Positions 55,926 to 64,000 of a stretch of 64,000 nt of DNA are shown here, one piece after another; the first letter of the stretch is position 1, and every line of letters starts with the position of its first letter. The notes under the pieces are model-generated. The model did no database searches, was not told the origin of the DNA, and was given only the letters and a program-made list of their open reading frames with translations. Where the stretch lies: NCBI GenBank assembly GCA_964587655.1, contig CAZPMT010000003.1:50915-114914 (forward strand), written 5' to 3'. This DNA comes from an uncultured Nitrospiraceae bacterium (lineage in GTDB: Bacteria > Hydrogenedentota > Hydrogenedentia > Hydrogenedentales > SLHB01). A program made the position numbers and the translations under genes.

Positions 55926-56951
55926 CTACAAACTCTCATACTCGATAGTGACGCCGGGCGCCGCTTCGTAGCTGTTCAACTCGGTGGCCACGTATTGGGT
56001 GACCGGGAACTGGCCATCCGTGTCAAGCTGGCCCTGCTGCACGATAACCGAGCCTCCCGACCATTTTCTTATGAACGCGACGTGGCCGTCCATATACAGG
56101 ACGTTCGAGCCGCCCGGCAGGTGGTTGAACTTCGCCACGGAAGGATTCGCCTCGTAGCCGCCCTCCGCGGCGCCGGACACGACGTCGAACATGATCGGCA
56201 CTTCGCTCTGGGCCTTGCTGCTTGCCGCGGGGTTGTTGATGTCCGTGATCATGAAGCGCTCGACGCCTTCACGCGTCTTGTACAGCGTGTTCCCCGAAGT
56301 GTTGCCGCCCGAACCCGTGATGTAAAGTGTCGCCCAGACTTCGCCAGACCACCATGAGCCGGTCCCGCCAACGGTGTTTCCGGGTTCCAGAGTCCCGTAG
56401 GTTACGTCGCCGTCGCAGGCTTCGCGCGTCCCGATTGCGCTCCAACCGTCCGTTGCCTGAACCAACCGGGCGCTAATCAGGTCTGAATCGTGCATCATGA
56501 CCCAGTTGAAATACGCGTACGACATGAACATACCCGCATCCCACAAGTTTATGAAATTCCCGAGATCGTAGATCTCGTCGTGCTGGTAACTCGTGTCGGC
56601 GGTGTTCGTGATGCGAATCGGCGTACCGCCGGAGACCCCCGCAAGGATCTCTTTGTTGGCGCTGTTCACCGCGGACGGGCAAAAAGCGATGTTGATGTCC
56701 GTCAGGTATTCCGGGTAAAGGGTGAAGATCTCGAGGTTATAGAAATGCCAGCCGCGCGGAAACTTTCCGCCCTTCGCCTCGTTCGAATACATCTTCATTA
56801 CCAAGCCCCACTGCTTGAGGTTGTTGGCGCAACTGGCGCGACGCGCCGATTCGCGCGCGCGCGCCAACGCCGGAAGCAGAATCGCGGCAAGGATTCCTAT
56901 GATGGCGATGACGACAAGCAACTCGATCAACGTAAAACCATTCCTCTTCAT
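55926..56951 (-). CDS. DUF1559 prepilin-type N-methylation protein with H-X9-DG motif
   Basis: [33 protein letters not shown]; [16 protein letters not shown]. Confidence 0.93.
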   Translation of the reverse strand: MKRNGFTLIELLVVIAIIGILAAILLPALARARESARRASCANNLKQWGLVMKMYSNEAKGGKFPRGWHFYNLEIFTLYPEYLTDINIAFCPSAVNSANKEILAGVSGGTPIRITNTADTSYQHDEIYDLGNFINLWDAGMFMSYAYFNWVMMHDSDLISARLVQATDGWSAIGTREACDGDVTYGTLEPGNTVGGTGSWWSGEVWATLYITGSGGNTSGNTLYKTREGVERFMITDINNPAASSKAQSEVPIMFDVVSGAAEGGYEANPSVAKFNHLPGGSNVLYMDGHVAFIRKWSGGSVIVQQGQLDTDGQFPVTQYVATELNSYEAAPGVTIEYESL

Positions 56952-57059
56952 TTACTGTCCTCCTCAGGTTTCAAGATAGCCATGAATGACAAACCAACCG
57001 CGATGACCTTGTGAACTACAGAAGAATGAGCCCAATCAGCCCAACAGCGCCCGGCCCAT

Positions 57060-57156
57060 ATGTCACATTGACATCTAGGAACGAGACACCGTCAAATGCC
57101 CATCACTGACTTCAACTGGCCTTAACATATCAAAAACAGGCCCTCTTGTCAAGAGG
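57060..57156 (-). promoter_or_regulatory. Promoter and candidate operator for the glycan operon
   Basis: Minus strand TTGACA (57152-57147), N17, TATGTT. Palindrome ATGTCACATTGACAT (57060-57074); a similar TCAGATTGACA occurs near 57286. Confidence 0.5.
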
Positions 57157-57360
57157 ATTCTCGCATTCCAGCAGCAGGGAGTGACAAACTGAATTACAAT
57201 AAGACCAAGCGGCACCCTGTACGGTTCCGGTGAGAACCTAACGGATACTTGACTTTGCGGGTGAATTTGCGCTACTCTTTATGCATCAGATTGACACTTT
57301 CGGTCCTTTTCTGGAGATTTTATGCCGCTTCGGGCGGCTTGGAGCCTTGCGTATATCGTT

Positions 57361-58539
57361 ATGAGGAAGCAAGATAAGAACCTAAAGACGATGTACGGCA
57401 GGCCGGTCTTCACTTCCGACTCAGACCTGACGCTAACCGACCAGATCTTCGAGATCCTGTGCGAAGAGATCAGGACCGGGCACTGGAAGGTTGGCGAACG
57501 GCTTCCGAGCGTTACCGCCCTTTCAAAGCAGACCGGACTCGGACGAACGCCCATTCAGCAGGCGTTCGAGCGCCTCAGCGAAACGGGATACGTCCGGCAG
57601 GAACAGCGGTCCGGAACATATCTCGAAGCCCAATTCCCGCGCGGCGAGGAGAATCTGGGCACGCTCGGCGTGGCGCTGCACCTTGCGGATGAGGGAGGAA
57701 GCCTGGTCCCTGATGCATACTCTCACTTTCGTTTGGCGCGTCTTCTCAAGGCGATCTCGGAAAGAGGTTACGGCGCCCAGGTCCGGTATTTGCGAACCCA
57801 GGAAGAGTGGGGCAATGTCGATACCGTAGGGGCGGTCTTCGATGAAAATGTGAAGGGAGTCGTGGCCCTGCACCCCTTCGACCACGATAACTCGCCGATC
57901 ATAAGGCCGGGAAAGCTCCCATTCGTCTACCTTGGCTCGAATTCAAGGCGCTGCCAGCCCGTGATCGCGGGCGACACGTCCAAGGGTTTCTACGACGCAA
58001 CGGAGAGACTGATCGAGGCCGGCCATCGCAACATAGTCTGTTTTATGGACCCTTCGGAGTCGCGAGAGGAAAACGCGGTGCGCACGGAGGCTCACGAGGC
58101 CGCCATGTCGCATGCCGGATTGCCCGTGATGCGACAAGCGGCGACCGATTCATATCAGATCGCGAGCGGCGACCTCTTCGCTATGCGGCACTGGCTCAAT
58201 ACCTATTCCGCGGCCACCGCCATCATCTGCATGAGAGGGCCGGAAAGCATGCAGATCATAAACCTTGCCCGGCTGATTGGCCGGAACGTTCCCGAGGACC
58301 TAAGCCTGGTGGGCCACGGCGAGCATGCCGACAACCCTGATTCCCCTATAACGCGCGTCGATTACGACTACGCTTCCCTGCTCTCGGCCTGCCTGGACGT
58401 CCTGTCCGAACAGATGCGGATGCGCCGCGTCACCGTCTCGCGAATCCTGATTCGCGCCTACATACGCGAAGGCGTAACGGTTGCCTCTCCACGCGAATCA
58501 GAGAAATCCCAAAGAACATCTTCATCCGTGGCCACCTGA
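57361..58539 (+). CDS. GntR HTH + LacI-type sugar-binding regulator
   Basis: GERLPSV..L..GYV..GTY; LIEAGHRNI; VPEDLSLVG. Divergent from the glycan operon. Confidence 0.88.
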   Translation: MRKQDKNLKTMYGRPVFTSDSDLTLTDQIFEILCEEIRTGHWKVGERLPSVTALSKQTGLGRTPIQQAFERLSETGYVRQEQRSGTYLEAQFPRGEENLGTLGVALHLADEGGSLVPDAYSHFRLARLLKAISERGYGAQVRYLRTQEEWGNVDTVGAVFDENVKGVVALHPFDHDNSPIIRPGKLPFVYLGSNSRRCQPVIAGDTSKGFYDATERLIEAGHRNIVCFMDPSESREENAVRTEAHEAAMSHAGLPVMRQAATDSYQIASGDLFAMRHWLNTYSAATAIICMRGPESMQIINLARLIGRNVPEDLSLVGHGEHADNPDSPITRVDYDYASLLSACLDVLSEQMRMRRVTVSRILIRAYIREGVTVASPRESEKSQRTSSSVAT

Positions 58540-58676
58540 CACTCTCGCCGCTGTGTCAGTCCCGGTTTACCTCATGATCACGCATTCGCCCTCCTTACAG
58601 AAAACGAAAACAGACGGCAACGGTCACTTGTTACCCACCTGTTACCCTGGGGACGCCAACCGTATTGCCGAACTCT

Positions 58677-59699
58677 TCATCCCGCGCAGGTGGAGCAGAG
58701 GGGAGCTACGTCGTTATCGGTGAAGGCCACGGCAAAGATGTTGGCGCCGCATCGGTGGCAACCCATGGGTTCGATTTCCTTCAGCAGGGGATTCCAGTAG
58801 ACGGTGTGGGTTCGATGGGATTGCCGGCGGCGCACCTCGCACTCCAGGGCGAGCACGGGGAGTTCGGTGCGGACGAGCACCAACGGGGTCAACTCCGCGG
58901 CAATGGCGTATCGGTCATCGAGTTCGAGGAGCTTCCGGCGCAGTTCGAGGTCCACCGCCCGGCTGAGATCCTCCTGCTTCTGGGCTTCCTGCTCCGTCTT
59001 GCTTTTCGTGAGCTTGGCTTTCGTCTCACGCAAGACAGCTTGATAGTAATCTCGCAGCCGCCGGCGATCTCGCGTCAACCGCGATTCCAGACGCGCCACG
59101 AAACCGGCCGCCCGTGACTCCATTTGCGCCAAGGCGCGCTGAACCGCGCGCGGGTACGTTTCCTGCGGCGGGGACACGGGCTCGAGGTTGGGTTCCACGG
59201 ACTCGATGGCGAGCGTGTCCGGCAACGCAACCTCCGCGCGAGACGCCGCGTTGATCGTAACCGCGAACACGTCTTCCCACTGGTCATCCGATTGAAGGCT
59301 GGCATGGAAATGCCACGTGTGGTACTCGATGCGCGCCGAAGCGCTGCCGCGGAATCTGACGCTCGCGTTCAGCCAAGTGAACGCGCGCTGGAGCGGCCCC
59401 TCCATGGCCGACTGTTTCAAGTACATTTCGGGGATCTGGAACACGCCAATTTCGGGCTGTCCCTCGAACAGCGTGCCAATCCGCTCGGCGAAGTCCGTGG
59501 TGAGATTGGCGCACAGGTCGGCCGTCCCCGGCTCGTACGAGAGCGTCAGAGATTCCGGACACTGAAGCGCGGCGGCCACCTCCGGGGTGACCACTGCTTC
59601 GCCGCGCTCGGCGTCCTCCGGCCATTCGACGACGGCCCCGCGCCAGTCGAGTACCGCGCTCGTGAACCAGTGCAGGCGCGTTCGGATGTCGCCGGTCAT
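58677..59699 (-). CDS. YqhG-like partner of SNF2 helicase, C-terminal CxxC...CxxC
   Basis: RLRDYY coiled region; CHRC and CSTC motifs; ATGA overlap with the helicase. Confidence 0.7.
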   Translation of the reverse strand: MTGDIRTRLHWFTSAVLDWRGAVVEWPEDAERGEAVVTPEVAAALQCPESLTLSYEPGTADLCANLTTDFAERIGTLFEGQPEIGVFQIPEMYLKQSAMEGPLQRAFTWLNASVRFRGSASARIEYHTWHFHASLQSDDQWEDVFAVTINAASRAEVALPDTLAIESVEPNLEPVSPPQETYPRAVQRALAQMESRAAGFVARLESRLTRDRRRLRDYYQAVLRETKAKLTKSKTEQEAQKQEDLSRAVDLELRRKLLELDDRYAIAAELTPLVLVRTELPVLALECEVRRRQSHRTHTVYWNPLLKEIEPMGCHRCGANIFAVAFTDNDVAPLCSTCAG

Positions 59700-61525
59700 T
59701 CGTAATCCTCGCCGAACATGGCCTCGTCCAGTTCTTTCGCTTTGAGGTACTGATCCTGGGCATCGATCAGCGACTGGCCAAGGTGGTCGAATGCGTCATC
59801 CAATTCCGCAGTATCACGGGCGCGCAACCACAGGTCGAGGACCAACGACTCGAATTCCTCGCCACCCTCGAGATTGCCCAGTATGGAGCCTACTTCGCCC
59901 ACGACAAGTTCAAACATGCGGATCTTGTCGTTGAGTATCCGCAGGATGCGCTCTTCGAGCGAATCCGCGGTACACAGGTTGAAAACGAACACTTCGCGCG
60001 TCTGCCCGATGCGATGGATGCGTCCGACGCGCTGCTCGATGCGCATGGGATTCCATGGCAGATCGAAGTTGATCAGCGTGTTCGCGAATTGGAGGTTCCG
60101 GCCTTCGCCGCCGGACTCCGAGCACAGCATCACGGGAACGCGTTCACGCAACGCCGCCACGGCCTCGTCCTTTTCCTTCGCCGTTTCAGCGCCGGAAAAG
60201 ACGGAAAACGGTATGCTCGCTTCATGAAGCACTGCCTGCAAACGTTGCAGCGTCGCCCGGAAACTCGCGAATACCAGGATCTTGTCCTCCGGCCGGCCCT
60301 GCCGAAGGATCGCGAGTAGCTTCTTTTCCTTGGCGGACTGCCCGATCCGGCGCGCCCGTTCCAACATCGGCGCAGCACGTTGATCCTGGGCCGCCAGGGA
60401 TTCCAGCATGGGCGCGAGCGTGGCCGGGTGGCTTCCCGCGGCGAGCAAGAGAGTGTTCAATTGCATGCGCGTGATCAGCGGCAGCGTGGGGTCGCCTATC
60501 ATGTTGTTGAACCCTGCGGCCGCCTCATCCGAAGGTTGCGGTTTCGGATCGTCGAATAGTGCGCCTTGGACGGGAACGCCGTCCGTGGACGGAATCAATT
60601 GGTCATCCTCATGGGCGCGCTGCCTCATTCCCGCGCAACGCCAGCGCAAGTAGGTGTGTAGCTGACGATAGAGCTCCGCCTCATGCTCACCGGGCGCCAC
60701 GACAAAGGTCTGGGCATAGCGGGCCGGCAAACTAAGACTCACGAGGCTGCGGGTGTTGCGGATCATCACCTCGCCCAACAGAGACCGCAATCGCTCGCGG
60801 TTCCGCACGTCAAACGGGTTCCCGCGTCGCATGTAGGTCTTCTTGAAATCGGCTTCCGTCTTGAGGTGTCCGGGCTCAAGCAACGTCAACAAGTTGTAGA
60901 GTTCCACCAGATTGTTCTGGACCGGCGTGGCCGTAAGCAAGAACAGATGGCGGCGTTTGAGGGCGTCCACCAGTTTCCAGTTCAGCGCGGCGCGGTTCTT
61001 ACAGTGATGCGCCTCGTCTACTATCACCAAGTCCCATGATACGGACGTGACCGCATCGATATTCCTTCGACTCTTGGCCGTGGACAACGAAGTCAAGACC
61101 CGGTCTGTCCCCAGCCAGTACTCCTCTCCCTTGCGCAGTTCCGCCGGGCCGGGCGCCGAAAACTCGAGGCCAAACTTCGAGTCCAACTCCTCCCGCCATT
61201 GTGAAACCAGCGGCGCCGGTACAAGGATAAGCACGCGCTTCACGAGGCCCCGCAACAGGTATTCGCGCAACAACAGGCACGCCTCGATGGTCTTGCCAAG
61301 ACCGACCTCATCGGCCAGAAGCACCCGCCCCCGGAAATAGCGTAGAACCCGGCGAACGGTCTCAATCTGGTGCGGCAAGTGTTCTACGCCGTGCAGACCT
61401 TCGAGGCACAACAGTTCGTCGAAACCACGGAGCAACCTCAGCCGCACATGTTCGATACGCAGCTTGAGAGGCTCAAAGTCGATCGTCGCGTCGCCGGCCA
61501 ACGGAGCCGCAACACGCGTGACCAT
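59696..61525 (-). CDS. SNF2-family helicase (YqhH-like)
   Basis: LADEVGLGKTIEA, DEAH, LTATPVQN, SESGGEGRNLQ and DLPWNPMRIEQRVGRIHRIGQ motifs. Confidence 0.92.
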   Translation of the reverse strand: MVTRVAAPLAGDATIDFEPLKLRIEHVRLRLLRGFDELLCLEGLHGVEHLPHQIETVRRVLRYFRGRVLLADEVGLGKTIEACLLLREYLLRGLVKRVLILVPAPLVSQWREELDSKFGLEFSAPGPAELRKGEEYWLGTDRVLTSLSTAKSRRNIDAVTSVSWDLVIVDEAHHCKNRAALNWKLVDALKRRHLFLLTATPVQNNLVELYNLLTLLEPGHLKTEADFKKTYMRRGNPFDVRNRERLRSLLGEVMIRNTRSLVSLSLPARYAQTFVVAPGEHEAELYRQLHTYLRWRCAGMRQRAHEDDQLIPSTDGVPVQGALFDDPKPQPSDEAAAGFNNMIGDPTLPLITRMQLNTLLLAAGSHPATLAPMLESLAAQDQRAAPMLERARRIGQSAKEKKLLAILRQGRPEDKILVFASFRATLQRLQAVLHEASIPFSVFSGAETAKEKDEAVAALRERVPVMLCSESGGEGRNLQFANTLINFDLPWNPMRIEQRVGRIHRIGQTREVFVFNLCTADSLEERILRILNDKIRMFELVVGEVGSILGNLEGGEEFESLVLDLWLRARDTAELDDAFDHLGQSLIDAQDQYLKAKELDEAMFGEDYE

Positions 61526-61697
61526 GCGCACGCCTGAAGGAGTTGCCCGCACGATTTCCTGGAAATCATGAGTCACAAAGATCGGTCCTAGCCCATGCCC
61601 TCGTCGAAGCAAGTATAGCATTAGGCCATGCTGAAATTCCGATCCCCAGCCGTGTTCTTGCTTCTATTCCCGTGACCCACGTGCTCCGAACATAGTG

Positions 61698-61732
61698 AAA
61701 CCCCGCAGTCCGCTTCCGTGAACTGCGGGGTT
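61698..61732 (-). terminator. Hairpin following 5S-like copy 1
   Basis: AACCCCGCAGT..ACTGCGGGGTT; homologues at 62551-62585 and 63715-63749. Confidence 0.75.
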
Positions 61733-61743
61733 CAAGTATTGAG

Positions 61744-61807
61744 CTGGCGACGACCTACTCTCCCACGCAGTTGCCCGCGTAGTACCATGGGCACTGGTGG
61801 CGTTAAC
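61744..61807 (-). pseudogene. 5S rRNA-derived fragment, copy 1 (3' ~64 nt)
   Basis: Reverse complement reads GTTAA..CCATGGTACT..GGGAGAGTAGGTCGTCGCCAG, the conserved 5S 3' half. Confidence 0.85.
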
Positions 61808-61857
61808 CGTCAACGCAATAAGTGGGAATGTCTTCTTCTTCCTCATCAGAGGTATGC

Positions 61858-62022
61858 CTATTTCGGGACTGTACGTTTACGCTCAAGTGAGACCACCGTC
61901 CGCCCTTCGCGGCGCTGTTCTTCCTGTAGCGCACGCCCCAGTTTGCGAACATCGTTGCCATATTGGGCGGCCACGTGCCTCTTGATCCGCTGTATTTCCT
62001 CGATGACCGAGTCTCGATCCAT
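61858..62022 (-). CDS. Small putative antitoxin partner of the PIN toxin (54 aa)
   Basis: Below the ORF-track cutoff. MDRDSVIEEIQRIKRHVAAQYGNDVRKLGRALQEEQRREGRTVVSL..; GGAG RBS; starts 4 nt after the PIN stop. Confidence 0.75.
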   Translation of the reverse strand: MDRDSVIEEIQRIKRHVAAQYGNDVRKLGRALQEEQRREGRTVVSLERKRTVPK

Positions 62023-62026
62023 TGTT

Positions 62027-62506
62027 TTACTCCATCAATTCATCCGGGGTACAGACCGACGGGGGAACGTATCCTTTCTCCGCTAACCAAAAGCTTATAC
62101 TGTCTCTGAAGGCTGCATTGGCAAGGTGGGTGCAGTTCCACGTCAACAAGTAGTCCATCCCGTGAACCGCCGCTACACCGAGGTGCAACGCATCGTCTGC
62201 GGCGGCATCGGGCAGCAGGCCTTGAGATATCAACGCCGTAGCCAAGTCTATGGCCTCATCGGTCACGTCGAGCAAAGAAAGATCTGAAAGCAGTTCCAAA
62301 CGCCGGCGCGCGGCATCCGGATCGCCCTCTCTCGCCTCTCTCGCGACAACTTGCGACGCATACACGCCGTAAGCTTCGCGGCGCTTGGTCCACCATTCCC
62401 ATGTCACCTCCTGGCGGGCGGCCCTAATCAAATCACGGCTTGGCAACGCGGCAAGGTAGCTTATGATAGTCGTTTCGAGATAAACCGTCTTGAGGTAATT
62501 CATCAT
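62027..62506 (-). CDS. PIN-domain (VapC-like) toxin
   Basis: VYLETTIISYL, SQVVAREA, DALHLGVA, YLLTWNCTHLAN and TPDEL motifs. Confidence 0.9.
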   Translation of the reverse strand: MMNYLKTVYLETTIISYLAALPSRDLIRAARQEVTWEWWTKRREAYGVYASQVVAREAREGDPDAARRRLELLSDLSLLDVTDEAIDLATALISQGLLPDAAADDALHLGVAAVHGMDYLLTWNCTHLANAAFRDSISFWLAEKGYVPPSVCTPDELME

Positions 62507-62550
62507 CCGCGCGTCCTATCCACATTTTGCCCAACTTGCGGCCAAAACGC

Positions 62551-62585
62551 AAACCCCACATTTCACGAAAGTGGACTGCGGGGTT
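62551..62585 (-). terminator. Hairpin following 5S-like copy 2 (interior inverted)
   Basis: Interior TTCACGAAAGTGGA is the reverse complement of TCCACTTTCGTGAA in copy 3. Confidence 0.7.
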
Positions 62586-62596
62586 CGAGTGTTGAG

Positions 62597-62707
<111 letters not shown>

Positions 62708-62830
62708 ATTCACTGTAACGTCCTCAATGGGCCCCAAAGGGCATCGATAAATCCAAAGCGCATCGGGCAGAATGTCGGATCGCAAGACTTGGTCCCACCT
62801 TCCAGTGCTTCCGGAATCGTCTGAGCCCCG

Positions 62831-63199
62831 TCATGCTGCGGGAAGAGGTCCAGCGGCCGCCAGTTTCTTCCGGGCAGGATCCACGGTGAGATTCAGGCCT
62901 TCAAGCGTTCGAGATCCAAGCAGAGAAAGATCGCCTGGCTCCGCGAAGACGACCTCGTCTATCGTGAAGTGGTTCGCCACCCGCAGAATCGCAAAACCCA
63001 CGCTACGGCTAACCACTTCGCCATTAGCCATGACAAAGCGAAGGTCCTTCTTCTCCCTTCTGACGGCGATCCCCTCCAGCTTCGCGGCCGAGATCCAGGT
63101 GAATTCGCTGCCAGTGTCCACCAGGAGTTTCGGAACACGCACAGACTTGGACCGGTCAACGTGATTCTCAACCCTGCAACTCGTATAGAATGTACCCAT
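62831..63199 (-). CDS. Retropepsin-like (clan AA) aspartyl protease
   Basis: LLVDTGSEFTWI, MANG and LLGSRTLE motifs. Confidence 0.88.
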   Translation of the reverse strand: MGTFYTSCRVENHVDRSKSVRVPKLLVDTGSEFTWISAAKLEGIAVRREKKDLRFVMANGEVVSRSVGFAILRVANHFTIDEVVFAEPGDLSLLGSRTLEGLNLTVDPARKKLAAAGPLPAA

Positions 63200-63449
63200 G
63201 ACCTTATTGTAGGCTTTCCTCCCCTCTTCTGCAACCGCCGGACAATTCCCCCGGCGGCCGCAGGAACCTATTTCGAAGCTCGTCCTCTTCGATCACCGGA
63301 CCACGCCGCTTTCCTCGCGACGTCACATGATACACTGCGTCTGCGTATTCTATCCGCAAAGGTCTCGCCACAGCCAAAACCCATCACGTAAAATGTATGA
63401 TTTCAAAACCTGACCTCATTTTCCACATGGCTAAAAGTGATTACTGTCC

Positions 63450-63635
63450 CTATTTATTGCCTATGGCTATATAGCCGGATTCAATGCAGAACAGACCTCC
63501 GTGTACGGCTTCGAACTCAACATTGCCACCTGTTCCAGGTTCAAACGAACCTTGCCATTTACCTTGGTAGCAACCGGCGAGCGACAAAGATCCCAGAAGC
63601 ATGGCAATCAAGTAGCATCGACTCTTCATTTCCAT
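63450..63635 (-). CDS. Small lipoprotein-like ORF, possibly truncated
   Basis: AAGGAGG RBS; signal peptide with LAGC lipobox. Confidence 0.55.
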   Translation of the reverse strand: MEMKSRCYLIAMLLGSLSLAGCYQGKWQGSFEPGTGGNVEFEAVHGGLFCIESGYIAIGNK

Positions 63636-63714
63636 CCTCCTTTCGTCCCGGTGGTAACTGGGGACAGCAAGCCTTTATTCTAGCGGCTTCTCCGCTGCGG
63701 TCACGCTAAAGCAC

Positions 63715-63749
63715 AAACCCCGCAGTCCACTTTCGTGAACTACGGGGTT
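63715..63749 (-). terminator. Hairpin following 5S-like copy 3
   Basis: AACCCCGCAGT..ACTACGGGGTT. Confidence 0.75.
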
Positions 63750-63760
63750 GAAGTATTGAG

Positions 63761-63846
<86 letters not shown>

Positions 63847-63876
63847 ACAGGCTGTACGACCCAAGACATCATGATA

Positions 63877-63999
63877 TTATCCTCGTTTTCCGAGGGCGCC
63901 ACGCCGAGGAGTCCGGGTAGGAACCTTGCCAGACTGAACAACGCGCTCGCCATATTCTGCTTCTTTCCGGCGGAGGTATTCGCAAAGTTTGCCGACATC
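63877..63999 (-). CDS. 3' part of a second putative PIN-associated antitoxin (runs off window)
   Basis: DVGKLCEYLRRKEAEYGERVV.. aligns by eye with DVRKLGRALQEEQRREGRTVV of 61858-62022. Confidence 0.55.
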   Translation of the reverse strand, partial: DVGKLCEYLRRKEAEYGERVVQSGKVPTRTPRRGALGKRG

Positions 64000-64000
64000 A

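Overview
GC-rich bacterial chromosomal window. (GE)n linkers, a DUF1559 pilin-like protein and the C-terminal sorting tails suggest Candidatus Hydrogenedentota or a relative (inference only). In order, it contains: class III RNR nrdDG with a consensus promoter and two NrdR boxes; a pectate lyase and an esterase; a four-gene minus-strand envelope cluster (Ser/Thr kinase-TPR-CsgG-like, TPR/Ig/CsgG-like lipoprotein, FadL-like barrel, beta-helix surface protein); alaS; a tungstate-uptake/pterin-cofactor operon; an L20 leader with infC-rpmI-rplT; hisA-tyrA-tmk-holB-ricT-tatD; marR-arsM-AhpD-like; a large GH42 fusion; dapF and ddl; tRNA-Ser(GCT); a probable beta-mannan utilisation locus; and a YqhH/YqhG SNF2 pair. 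Several REP/MITE families are scattered throughout, and one palindrome sits in frame inside mobA. The most striking feature is at the right end (about 61.7-64 kb): three degenerate 5S rRNA-derived copies, two clearly 5'-truncated, each followed by the same hairpin and separated by small cargo genes (PIN toxin plus antitoxin, retropepsin-like protease, a second antitoxin homologue). This cassette-like array probably continues beyond the window. All calls come from reading the sequence by eye; no database searches were run.
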